From assembly GCA_964291625.2 (NCBI GenBank), contig OZ220090.1, positions 320,001 through 384,000 on the forward strand: a stretch of DNA of 64,000 bases, in the 5' to 3' direction. This DNA comes from Candidatus Latescibacterota bacterium (GTDB lineage Bacteria > Latescibacterota > UBA2968 > UBA8231). A program made the translations under genes and the position numbers. The notes under the pieces were generated by a model. The model was not told where the DNA came from. It searched no databases and saw only the letters and a program-made list of their open reading frames with translations. Below are positions 38,178 through 48,333 of this stretch, piece by piece. The stretch's first letter is position 1. Each line of letters starts with the position of its first letter.

Positions 38178-39029
38178 GTGTCCGGGGAACCTTCGGTCGT
38201 CATCACCGGCGCCTCCTCCGGCCTGGGAGCGGCCCTGGCCGGCGCCTTCGCCCGCGACGGCGCCCGTCTGACGCTGATGGCCCGCCGGGCGGACCGCCTG
38301 GCGGAGGTCGCCGAGGCCTGCGGCCCCCGGGTGGAGACCGTGCCGGGGGACGTCACCGTCCCCGGTGACGGGGAACGGCTCGTGGAGGCTGCCGTCGCCG
38401 CCCACGGCGGCATCGACTGCCTCGTCGCCAACGCCGGCATGAGCATGTGGGCCCCCTTCGAGGAGGTGCGCGACCTGTCCCTGTTCCGCCGGCTCATGGA
38501 AGTCAACTATCTCGGCGCCGTGCACTGCGTCCACCCGGCGCTGCCCCATCTGAAGGAGAGCCGCGGGCAGTTCGTGGCGATCTCGTCGATCCAGGGCCGC
38601 GTGGGGGTGCCGCAGCACACGGGGTACTCGGCCTCCAAGCACGCCCTGCAGGGGTTCTGCGACGCTCTGCGCATGGAGCTGGAGGGCAGCGGCGTCGACG
38701 TCCTCACCGTGGTCCTGCACTGGCTCGGGGGCACGGAGCTGCGGGAGCAGGCCCTGGCCGCCGACGGCCGGCCCTTCGGCGAGGGCCGCCGCCGGCCGAG
38801 CCGCGACGCCATCGGCCTCGAGGAGACCTGCGGCGCCGTCCTGCGGGCGGTGAAGGAGCGCCGCCGCGAGCTGGTGATGCCCTGGAAGCTGAAGGCCCTC
38901 CTCGCCATCCGCGCCCTGAGGCCGCGGCTGTCGGAGGCGCTTGTGCGCCGGGCGGTGGACCGCCAGGGGGGCGAGGCCGTGGGGGAGGCGCCGGAGTCCG
39001 ACCCCGAGAGTGGAGAGGACCGGCCGTGA
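38178..39029 (+). CDS. SDR oxidoreductase, DHRS7/DHRS7B-like
   Basis: VVITGASSGLG, MEVNYLG, AISSIQG, YSASKHALQGF..ALRME; GTG 8 nt after the upstream stop. Confidence 0.85.
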   Translation: MSGEPSVVITGASSGLGAALAGAFARDGARLTLMARRADRLAEVAEACGPRVETVPGDVTVPGDGERLVEAAVAAHGGIDCLVANAGMSMWAPFEEVRDLSLFRRLMEVNYLGAVHCVHPALPHLKESRGQFVAISSIQGRVGVPQHTGYSASKHALQGFCDALRMELEGSGVDVLTVVLHWLGGTELREQALAADGRPFGEGRRRPSRDAIGLEETCGAVLRAVKERRRELVMPWKLKALLAIRALRPRLSEALVRRAVDRQGGEAVGEAPESDPESGEDRP

Positions 39030-39124
39030 ACCTCGGAATGATCGGGCGATTGCCCGCATCCGCAATCGTTGGCAAGTTTTCTCCCTCTCCGCCGCTCCCC
39101 TCACCCCGTCGAATCGGAAAACCC

Positions 39125-42004
39125 ATGACGCGCCGGCCATCCCTCGCCCCGACCCTTCCCCTCCTCGCCGTCGTCCTGTCCCTCGCCGGCTGCGCCGCCC
39201 GGCCCTCCGCCACCGGGACCGCCGCCGAGGCCGCCGCCGACAGCCTGGACCCGGTGCTGCCCGCCGATCCCAAGGTCACCCTCGGGACCCTCGACAACGG
39301 CCTGCGCTACGTCATTCGGGCCAACGCCAAGCCCGAGAACCGGGCCGAGCTGCGTCTCGCCCTCGACGTGGGCTCGATCCTGGAGACCGACGAGGAGCAG
39401 GGGCTGGCCCACTTCGCCGAGCACATGGCCTTCAACGGCACCACCCACTTCGAGAAGCAGGAGCTGTGGTCCTACCTGGAGTCGGTGGGGCTGCGCACGG
39501 GAGCCGACCTCAACGCCCACACCAGCTTCGACGAGACCGTGTACAAGCTCACCGTGCCCCTCGACTCGGTGCGGGTGGTGGAGCAGGCCTTCCAGATCTT
39601 CGAGGACTGGGCCCACGGAATCAGCTTCGACGGCGAGGAGATCGAGAAGGAGCGGGGCGTCGTCATCGAGGAGTGGCGCCGCGGCCAGGGCGCCGGCCTG
39701 CGCATGCTCTACAAGCAACTGCCCGTACTGTTCGCCGACTCCAGGTACGCCGACCGCATCCCCATCGGGCAGAAGGCGGTTCTCGACACCTTCCACCACG
39801 ACACGCTCCGCGAGTTCTACCGCCGCTGGTACCGGCCGGACCTGATGGGGTTCGTCGCCGTGGGCGACTTCGAGCCCGCCTACATGGAGAGCCTGATCAC
39901 CGAGTATCTGGGGAGGATCCCGGCCGCCGAAGAGGCCACGGTGCGGCCCGAGGCGCCGGTGCCCGATCACGAGGAGACCCTCTTCGCCATCGTCACCGAC
40001 CCGGAGGCCACCTCCAACGTCGTCCGCGTCATGCACAAGGAGGACCCGGGCGAGGACTCGACCCGGGGCGGCTACCGGCAGCGCCTGATCGAGAGCCTCT
40101 ACCACGGCATGCTCAACCGGCGGCTCTACGAGCTGACCACCAGGGCGGAGCCGCCCTTCCTCGGGGCCTTCTCCGGCGGCTACTACTCGGTGCGCACCAA
40201 GGAGATGATCCAACTCGCCGCCGGCGTCGAGAACAACGGTTTCGACCGCGGCCTGGAGGCCCTGCTCACCGAGGCCGAGCGCGTCCGCCAGCACGGCTTC
40301 ACGGCCACCGAGATGGCGCGCCAGAAGAAGGAGCAGCTGCGCGCCATGGAGCAGTCCTGGCGCGAGCGCGACAAGCTCCAGTCCCGGGGCTTCGCCGCCG
40401 AGTACGTGCGCCACCTGCTGGAGGGCGAGCCGATCCCCGGCATCGAGGGGGAGTACGAGCTCCACCAGGAGCTGCTCCCCACCATCACCCTGGAGGATGT
40501 GAACGAGCTGGCGGGGGAGTGGACCGGCGGCGGCAACCGCGTCATCACCGTCACCGCTCCCGACAAGGAGGGGGTCGGCGTGCCCACCGAGGAGGAGCTG
40601 CTCGCCATCCTGGAGATGGTCGCCGCCCGTCCGGTGGAAGCCTACGTCGACCAGGGCGCCGACCTGCCGCTGCTGCCCGACGAGCCCATGGGGGGGTCCG
40701 TGGCCTCCCGCGCCGAGATCCCGGAGCTCGGGGTCACCCGGTGGGAGCTGTCCAACGGGGTGCGCGTCTTCCTCAAGCCCACGGACTTCAAGAACGACCA
40801 GATCCTGTTCAGGGCGTACAGCCCCGGCGGCCACTCCCTCGTGGAGGACGAGGAGTTCGTCGCCGCCTCCACCGCCGCCACCGTGGTCACCGAGGGCGGC
40901 CTCGGGAACTTCGACAAGGTGGGCCTCATCAAGTGGCTCAGCGGCAAGGTGGTGAGCGTCTCGCCATACGTCTCGGAGCTGGAGGAGGGGCTGTCGGGCT
41001 CGGCCTCGCCCCAGGACGCGGAGACGATGTTCCAGATGATCCACGCCTACTTCACCGCCACGCGCTCGGACAGCGCCGCCTTCACCTCCCTCCACACCCG
41101 CCTGCGGGCGTGGCTGGAGAACCGCAGCGCCGACCCCGAGACCGCCTTCGCCGATACGGTCTCGGTGACCATGTCCCAGTACCACCACCGGGCCCGCCCC
41201 TGGTCGCTGGCCATGCTCGACGAGCTCGACCTGGAGGCCTCGGTGCGGATCTTCCGAGACCGCTTCGCCGACGCCTCGGACTTCACCTTCATCTTCGTCG
41301 GCAACTTCAGCGCCGAGGCGATGGAACCCCTGGTCAACCGCTACCTGGCGAGCCTGCCGGCGCCGGGACGCGGGGAGAGCTGGCGCGACGTGGACATCGA
41401 CCCGCCCGCGGGGGTGGTGACGAAGGTCGTCCGCGCCGGCATGGAGCCGAAGAGCCAGACCCGCATCCTCTTCACCGGCCCCTTCGACTTCGACGTGCGC
41501 GCCGACCGGATCCACCTGAGCCTGATGGCCCAGGCCTTCCAGATCAAGCTGCGCGAGGTCCTGCGCGAGGACCTGGGCGGCACCTACAGCGTCGGCGTGC
41601 GCGCCTCCCTCTCCCACTGGCCCGAGGAGCGCTACCAGCTGCGGGTGAGCTTCGGCAGCGACCCGGAGCGGGCCGAGGAGCTGAGCGCCGTGGTCTTCGA
41701 TCAGATCGACAGCCTGCGCTCCTCCGGCCTCGACTCGACGTACGTGGAGAGGGTCAGGGAGATCCGCCGCCGCGAGCACGAGGTCGCCCTGAAGGAGAAC
41801 AACTGGTGGCTCGGCAGCCTGCGCTATGCCGACACCCACGGGATCGACCCGCTGCTGATCCTCGACCGGTCCCTGGTGGAGGGGCTGACGGCGGCCGACG
41901 TGCACCGCATGGCGCAGCGCTTCGACACCGGCAACTACGCCCGGTTCGTCATGCTGCCGGCGCCGGTGGACAGCACCGCGGCCGAGGTGGAACCCGGGCC
42001 GTGA
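39125..42004 (+). CDS. M16 (insulinase) zinc protease lipoprotein, PqqL-like
   Basis: Lipobox LAGC; inverted zinc motif HFAEH; LDNGLRY, NAHTSFDETVY, LSNGVRV, LREDLGGTYS. Confidence 0.92.
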   Translation: MTRRPSLAPTLPLLAVVLSLAGCAARPSATGTAAEAAADSLDPVLPADPKVTLGTLDNGLRYVIRANAKPENRAELRLALDVGSILETDEEQGLAHFAEHMAFNGTTHFEKQELWSYLESVGLRTGADLNAHTSFDETVYKLTVPLDSVRVVEQAFQIFEDWAHGISFDGEEIEKERGVVIEEWRRGQGAGLRMLYKQLPVLFADSRYADRIPIGQKAVLDTFHHDTLREFYRRWYRPDLMGFVAVGDFEPAYMESLITEYLGRIPAAEEATVRPEAPVPDHEETLFAIVTDPEATSNVVRVMHKEDPGEDSTRGGYRQRLIESLYHGMLNRRLYELTTRAEPPFLGAFSGGYYSVRTKEMIQLAAGVENNGFDRGLEALLTEAERVRQHGFTATEMARQKKEQLRAMEQSWRERDKLQSRGFAAEYVRHLLEGEPIPGIEGEYELHQELLPTITLEDVNELAGEWTGGGNRVITVTAPDKEGVGVPTEEELLAILEMVAARPVEAYVDQGADLPLLPDEPMGGSVASRAEIPELGVTRWELSNGVRVFLKPTDFKNDQILFRAYSPGGHSLVEDEEFVAASTAATVVTEGGLGNFDKVGLIKWLSGKVVSVSPYVSELEEGLSGSASPQDAETMFQMIHAYFTATRSDSAAFTSLHTRLRAWLENRSADPETAFADTVSVTMSQYHHRARPWSLAMLDELDLEASVRIFRDRFADASDFTFIFVGNFSAEAMEPLVNRYLASLPAPGRGESWRDVDIDPPAGVVTKVVRAGMEPKSQTRILFTGPFDFDVRADRIHLSLMAQAFQIKLREVLREDLGGTYSVGVRASLSHWPEERYQLRVSFGSDPERAEELSAVVFDQIDSLRSSGLDSTYVERVREIRRREHEVALKENNWWLGSLRYADTHGIDPLLILDRSLVEGLTAADVHRMAQRFDTGNYARFVMLPAPVDSTAAEVEPGP

Positions 42005-43044
42005 AGGTCGCCTCCCTGGAGCAGGAGGAGCTCTTCGTCAGCGGCGAGGGCGGCTGCCACACCTACCGCATACCCGCCCTGGCGGTCACCGCCGGGGGCG
42101 CGGTCCTGGCCTTCTGCGAGGGCCGCCGCGACAGCCGCTCGGACAGCGGCCAGATCGACCTGCTCCTGCGCCGAAGCACCGACGGCGGCCGCACCTGGAA
42201 CCCTCCCCGGGTGGTGGTCACCGAGCCGGGCATGACCTGCGGCAACCCCTGTCCCGTGGTCGACGCCCTCAGCGGCCGGGTGTGGCTGCCGTTCTGCAAG
42301 AACCTGGCCGACGGCCCGGAGAGCCTGATCATCGAGGGTAAAGCGCCGCGCACGGTGTGGGTCACCCACTCCGATGACGACGGCGAGAGCTGGTCCGAGC
42401 CCCGGGAGATCACGGCGCAGGTGAAGGCGCCGGAGTGGACCTGGTACGCCACCGGCCCCTGTCACGGGATTCAGCTCGGCAGCGGCCGGCTGGTGGTCCC
42501 CTGCGACCACATCGTGGGTCTGCACCACGATGCCCGGCGCGATCCCTACCACTCGCACGTGATCCTGTCCGACGATGGCGGGCAGAGCTGGCGCATCGGC
42601 GGCATCGTCGACGAGGGCACCAACGAGTGCTGCGTGGTGGAGACGGCGGACGGCTCCCTCTACCTCAACGCCCGCAGCTACCATGGGCGCAAGCTCCGGT
42701 CCAGCGCCCGCAGCGGCGACGGCGGCAACAGCTTCGAGCCTCGGGTCTGCGAGGAGAGCCTGCCGGAGCCGGTCTGCCAGGGGAGCCTGGTGAGCCTGGG
42801 GTCTCCGCCCAGCGATCCGGCCCTGTTCGCCAATCCCGCCAGCCCCGAGGCGCGGGAGAACCTCACCTTGCGGGCTACCGCCGACGGCGGCCGAACCTGG
42901 ACCGTCGTGCGCAGCCTCTACGAGGGGCCTTCGGCCTACTCCGACCTGGCGGTCACCGCCGCGGGCGAGGTCCTCTGCCTCTACGAGCGTGGCGCCGACC
43001 ACCCTTACGAAACCCTCACCCTGGCGCGCTTCACCCTCGGCTGA
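42001..43044 (+). CDS. Exo-alpha-sialidase (GH33, BNR/Asp-box)
   Basis: YRIP motif, Asp boxes STDGGRTW, SDDDGESW, SDDGGQSW, and SAYSDL; GTG overlaps the upstream stop. Confidence 0.92.
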   Translation: MKVASLEQEELFVSGEGGCHTYRIPALAVTAGGAVLAFCEGRRDSRSDSGQIDLLLRRSTDGGRTWNPPRVVVTEPGMTCGNPCPVVDALSGRVWLPFCKNLADGPESLIIEGKAPRTVWVTHSDDDGESWSEPREITAQVKAPEWTWYATGPCHGIQLGSGRLVVPCDHIVGLHHDARRDPYHSHVILSDDGGQSWRIGGIVDEGTNECCVVETADGSLYLNARSYHGRKLRSSARSGDGGNSFEPRVCEESLPEPVCQGSLVSLGSPPSDPALFANPASPEARENLTLRATADGGRTWTVVRSLYEGPSAYSDLAVTAAGEVLCLYERGADHPYETLTLARFTLG

Positions 43045-43085
43045 GCCGCCGCGGCGGTCCTGCGCCGATGCCGGCGCCGCCGGCT

Positions 43086-43113
43086 TTGACCGGCAGACGG
43101 GCGCGCCTAGGTT
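43086..43113 (+). promoter_or_regulatory. Possible sigma70 promoter for the cyclase/amidohydrolase operon
   Basis: TTGACC-16 nt-TAGGTT upstream of AAGGAGG and ATG 43155. Confidence 0.35.
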
Positions 43114-43154
43114 TTGCCCCCCTCGCGCGGGAAGCTCTCCAAGGAGGCACGACC

Positions 43155-44148
43155 ATGCCACGGTCCATCACCCTCGCACTCGCACTCGGCGCCATCCTGC
43201 TCGCCGGCGGTCGGGCCGACGGACAGACCCGGGAGCAGGGCCCCTGGTGGCCCCACCCGGTGTGGGGGCCCGACGACCAGGCCGGCGGCTCGAACTGGAT
43301 CACCCCGGAGGTCGTGCTGCGCGCCGCCCGCCTGGTGGAGACCGGCCAGGTCTACGAGCTCGGCCAGGTCTACGAGTTCGGCATGCCCCTCTTCGGGCAG
43401 CGCACCTACGCCATGAGCATCCCGGGCTCGCCCACGGGCGGACCCTTCGGCGAGGAACAATCAGCTCGTCTACTTCGACGACTTCCTGTGCGGCGAGATC
43501 GGCCAGATCGGCACCCAGTTCGACGGCCCCGGCCACATCGGCACGCGCATGACCATGGGCGACGGCTCCAGGGCCGACGTGTTCTACAACGGCTTCACGC
43601 GGCAGGAGATCGAGGGATCGTACGGTCTGAAGGAGCTGGGCGTCGAGAACATCAAGCCCTTCTTCACCCGGGGGGTGCTCATCGACATCGCCGGCCTCAA
43701 GGGGGTCGACGCCCTCGACCACAGCTACGAGGTCACCGTGGCCGACGTGCGCGGCGCCCTCGAGCGCCAGGGGATGTCGGAAGGGGACCTGCAGCCCGGC
43801 GACGCCCTGCTCTTCCGCTACGGCTGGTCGAAGCACTGGAGGAACCCGCTGAAGTACAACACCGACCCGCCCGGCATCGGCATGGAGGTGGCGGCCTGGC
43901 TCGTGGAGCGCCAGCCGTCGATGATCGGCTCCGACCAGTGGACCACGGAGGTCGTGCCGAACCCCGACCCGGAGCTGCAGTTCCCCGTGCACCAGGAGCT
44001 GATCACCAAGGCCGGCATCTGGAACCTGGAGAACATGGTCTACGAGACTCTCGTCGAGGACGGGGTCCACGAGTTCCTCTTCGTCTTCACCCCGGTCCGC
44101 TTCAGGGGCGGCACGGGATCCCCCGGCCGGCCGATCGCGATCCGATGA
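43155..44148 (+). CDS. Secreted cyclase-family (kynurenine formamidase-like) metal hydrolase (frameshift near 43455)
   Basis: Signal peptide, WGPDDQAG; after a one-base correction GQIGTQFDGPGH, TRGVLID, GSD, ENM, GGTGSPGRPIA. Confidence 0.82.
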
Positions 44149-46815
44149 CGGTACCGACACCCGTCACCCTGCGCCGCCTCTGCCGCGGCGCCCTGCCGGC
44201 CATCCTCGGCGCCAGCGACGGCAAGGGGATGATGAAGATGGTGGAGGAGGTCGTCCGCCACGACCGCTGGAACTCCTTCGACCGCTTCCACGATACCACC
44301 GGGGTCCTCGTCGACATGTACGAGAAGGCGGGGGCCGGCGCCGAGGTGACCCCGGTGCAGACCGGGGGCCGCATCGGCACCGGGCGCTGGATCATCCAGG
44401 AGGCCCAGGACGTCAGCTCGGCCACCCTCGACGTGGTGCGGCCCTTCCGCGAGCGCGTCGCCGACTACCGCGACAACCCCTGGCACGCGGTCCAGTGGAC
44501 GGCGGCCACCCCCAGGGGCGGGCTGCGCTGCGAGCTGGTCGTGGTCGACGACGAGGCCGCCCTCGACCGCATGGGGCCCGACAGCCTCGAGCGGGCGGGC
44601 GGTGCTCACCCGCCTCGACATCCGCGGCCGCATGGAGCGGTTCGCCCAGAAGGGAGCGGCGGCGGTGATCATGGAGAAGGAGGTGCCCAACAACCCCGGC
44701 GCCGTGGCCTGGATCAAGTTCGGCTGGGGCGCCGTGCCCATGGCTCACGCCACGGCCAGGCTGGTGGGGCTGGTCGTGTCCCGGCGCCAGGGGGACCGCC
44801 TCCGGGGGCAGCTTCGGCAGCATGGGCGCCTCGTGGTGCAGGTCCGCGTCGACGCCCGGCGCTACGTGGGCAGCCACGACGTCGTCTGCGGGGTGGTCCC
44901 CGGCGGCGGCGATCCTCAGGACGAGGTCTGGGCCATCGCCCACTCCGCCGAGCCGGGGGCCGTGGACAACGCCTCGGGCTGCGCCGTCACCGTCGAGATC
45001 GCCCGGGTCCTCGAGGGGCTCATCGCCTCCGGCGCGCTGCCGCGCCCGAGGCGGACGATCCGCCTGATCAACGGCTACGAGTGCTACGGCTTCTTCGCCT
45101 ACCTGGAGAGGGTCAAGCGGCTGCAGCCGCCCCTGGCCGGGGTCTGCATCGACACCCTCGGCTCCCGGCCGGGGATCTGCGACGGCCGCCTCGAGTGGCG
45201 GTCCACGGTGCCGGGCTCCGCGGGCTTCGTCGACTGGATCGGGGAGAAGATCCTGCGCTCCACCCTGCGGCAGTACCGGGCCGCCGGTTACCACCTCGCC
45301 CTCGGTCCCTTCATGGCCACCAGCGACACCCTCATAGGCGATCCCCAGTACGGCTACCCCTGTCCTTGGATCACCAACCACCACAAGCGCGACGGCAGCT
45401 CCTGGGACGCCTACCACACCTCCGCGGACCAGCTCGAGCTGCTGAGCCCGGCGGGCCTCAAGACCTGCGCCGCGGCCATGGCCGCCTACCTCTACTACCT
45501 GGCCGACGCCGCCACGCCGGAAGTCCTGCAGATCGCCCGCTCCGAGACCGAGCGCCTGACCGGGGAGCTGCGCGCCCACCGCCGCCGCCTCGACCGCGAC
45601 GGCGCCGAGTTCCTGCGCCGCGCTCACGAGACCAGCCTGACGCGGCTGCAGCGCTGGCTCTGGGGGGGTGACCGCCGCGAGGTGATGGCCGAGCTGGGCG
45701 AGATGAGTCGCCAGATGGGACAGGCCGCCTCCAGCGTCCGCCGCCGCGGACCGGCTGTCCGCTCCACCGCGGCCCTGCGCCGCATCCCGCGCCGCAAGGC
45801 CCTGCTGACGCCGACTACCGAGAACCTGCCCACGCCGGTGGCCCGCAGGATCTCCGGCGCCCGCCAGAGTCCATGGGCTTTGTACTGGGCCGACGGCCGC
45901 CTCACCCTCGCCGAGATCACCGCCGCCCTCGCCTGGGAGCGGGGGGGCCTGCTGGCGCCCGGGGCGACCCCGAGGCGGGGAGAGGTCAGGAGCGAAGACG
46001 TGGTCCGGTTCTTCGAGGCCCACGCCGAGATCGACTACGTCGACCTGCCCGAGCGCCATGAGATGGTCGACAAGGCGAAGATCGTCGCCGACCTGCGCCG
46101 CCTCGGCGTCGAGCGCGGCATGGACCTCATGGTCCACAGCTCCCTGTCGAAGATCGGACACGTGGAGGGCGGCGCCGAAACGGTCGTCTCGGCCCTGCTG
46201 CAGGCGGTGGGATCATCGGGGACGCTGCTCATGCCCTCCTTCAACCACCGCGCCGCCCAGGTCTACAACCGCATGGCGACGCCGACCACCAACGGCGCCA
46301 TCCCCGACGCCTTCTGGCGCCGTCCCGGGGCGGTGCGCAGCGAGCACCCCACCCACGCGGTGGCCGCCATCGGGCCGCGCGCCGAGCGCTACTGCGCCTC
46401 CCACCTGGAGGCGGGGATCTGGGAGCCGGAGAGCCCCATCGGCCAGCTGGTCCACGGCGGCGGCTGGATCCTGGCCCTCGGCACCACCCACTGGACCTCC
46501 ACGGCCTACCACGTGGCCGAGATGTCCGTGCCCTGCGGCTGCATCGACCCCTTCGGCAACATCGACCGCGTCGTCGGCGGCGACGGCCGCGTCGAGGAGG
46601 TCTGGGGACTGGCCTTCCGCCGGGGGGAGTGCCCGGTGGAGATCTCCCCCAAGCTCGACGACGCCCTCGACCGCCGCGGACTGCAGCGGCGCGGCAGGGT
46701 GGGGGAGGCGGAGTGCGAGCTGGTCCGGGCCGAGGACCTGTGGCGGGTTCGCCGCGAGCACCTGCGGACGGTCTGCCCGACCTGCCGCATCGCCCCCAGC
46801 TACCGGGACGGGTGA
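44145..46815 (+). CDS. M28/DUF4910-like peptidase fused to AAC(3)-family N-acetyltransferase (frameshift near 44590)
   Basis: PA-like region, AHSAEPGAVDNASG, YHTSAD, winged-helix LYWADGRLTLAEI; from about 46063 LGVERGMDLMVHSSLSKIG, GTLLMPSF, RSEHPTHAV, TAYHVAE in the same frame. Confidence 0.8.
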
Positions 46816-47585
46816 AGGCTTCCTTCTTGAGCGAGCTCTCCTTCCGCGCCGACAGGGAAGTGATCGACGCCAACGTCGGCGTCGGCCACCGCCACGACCG
46901 GCCCGCCCCCTTCGAGGACGCCGCCGGTCTGCTGGCGGAGATGGACCGCCACGGCGTCGACGCCGCCGTCGTCTACCACGTGCAGGGCGAGTCGGTGAGC
47001 GCCCTCGACGGCAATGACCTGCTCCGCGGGTGGGTCGAGGGCCAGCCGCGGCTGATTCCCCAGTGGGTGGCGGGCTCCGACCCGGCCACCCACCGGCAGC
47101 TGGAGGGGCTGCACGCCGAGGGCCGGTTGGGCAGCGTGCGCCTCCACGACACCGCGTCCTGCCGCGCCCCCTTGACCGACTGGATCTACGGCGACCTGCT
47201 GGCGTGGCTGGAGGCAGAGGGGATCCCCTTGTGGATCTCCTTGGCGGACAACGACCTCGCGCAGCTGGCCGACACTCTCGGCCGCTATCCGGAACTGGTG
47301 AGCGTGCTCCTGGGCGCCCACTACACGCACGCCGCCCTCGTGCGTCCGCTGATGCGGAAGCTGCCCCGGTCGGTGCTGGAGCTGAGCCGCCACGAGACCC
47401 CCGGCGACGTCGAGGCCCTGGGGCGCGACGTGGGCGCCCGCCGCCTGGTCTACGGCTCCTTCTACCCCCGGTATGCCATGGGCCCCATCCTCTACTACCT
47501 GCACCGGTGCGACCTTGCCGCACCGCAGCTCGACCTGATCTGCGCCGGCAACGTACGCCGCCTCCTCGGGGAGAAGGTCGGATGA
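46812..47585 (+). CDS. Amidohydrolase_2-like protein with degenerate metal site
   Basis: IDANVGVG in place of DxHxH, EMDRHGVD, RLVYGSFYP; GTGA overlap with the upstream gene. Confidence 0.75.
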   Translation: MKASFLSELSFRADREVIDANVGVGHRHDRPAPFEDAAGLLAEMDRHGVDAAVVYHVQGESVSALDGNDLLRGWVEGQPRLIPQWVAGSDPATHRQLEGLHAEGRLGSVRLHDTASCRAPLTDWIYGDLLAWLEAEGIPLWISLADNDLAQLADTLGRYPELVSVLLGAHYTHAALVRPLMRKLPRSVLELSRHETPGDVEALGRDVGARRLVYGSFYPRYAMGPILYYLHRCDLAAPQLDLICAGNVRRLLGEKVG

Positions 47586-48331
47586 TCTCCGGCACCCGCG
47601 TCATCGACGCCCACGGCCACGTGGGCAACTGGGAGGTACTCGGCATGCGCGACGACGCCGGGGAGGTCCTGCGGACCATGGACCGCGCCGGCATCGACGT
47701 GGCCGTCGTCTTCGGCATCTTCCACCCCGAGGGCCGGAGGTCCAACGACGCCGCGGCCGCCTTCGTGGCCGCCCACCCGGACCGCTTCGCCGCCCTGGCC
47801 TACGCCTCACCGCTGATGCCGGAGGGCATGGTCTCCGAGCTGCGCCGGGCGATCGACGACCTCGGCTTCCTGGGCGTGAAGATCTATCCGCCGTACACGC
47901 CCTGGCCCCTGGACCACGAGGCCTGGGACCCGGTCTACGCCTTCGTCGAGGAGCGCGGCCTGCCGCTGCTGTCCCACACCGACGCCGGCGACGTCTCCCG
48001 GCCGGCCCAGCTGGCGGCGGCGGCCCGGCGCTTCCCCGGGGCCTCCTTCATCGCCGGCCACTCCGGCAACGTCGAGCCCGCGCGTTCGGAGGCGATCCGG
48101 GCGGCGCAGGAGCTGCCCAACTACTACCTCGAGACCTGCTCCACCTACCGCACGCCCGGAGTCATCGAGGAACTGGTGGCCGGAGCCGGCTCCGAGCGCG
48201 TGCTCTTCGGGTCCGATCAGCCGCTGATGGACCCGCGCCCCCAGTTGGGCAAGATCGTCACCGCGGACCTGACCGACGAGGACAAACGGCTGGTCCTCGG
48301 CGGCAACGCCGCCCGCCTGCTGGGGCTGTAG
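47582..48331 (+). CDS. Amidohydrolase_2 family metal-dependent hydrolase
   Basis: IDAHGH, GVKIYP, LSHT, AGHSG, VLFGSDQP. Confidence 0.88.
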   Translation: MISGTRVIDAHGHVGNWEVLGMRDDAGEVLRTMDRAGIDVAVVFGIFHPEGRRSNDAAAAFVAAHPDRFAALAYASPLMPEGMVSELRRAIDDLGFLGVKIYPPYTPWPLDHEAWDPVYAFVEERGLPLLSHTDAGDVSRPAQLAAAARRFPGASFIAGHSGNVEPARSEAIRAAQELPNYYLETCSTYRTPGVIEELVAGAGSERVLFGSDQPLMDPRPQLGKIVTADLTDEDKRLVLGGNAARLLGL

Positions 48332-48333
48332 CC

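Noticed and set aside
14371-46815. Aminoglycoside resistance island (APH, Eis-like GNAT, AAC(3))
   Set aside because: The genes are scattered, match only at fold level, sit in metabolic operons and lack mobile context.
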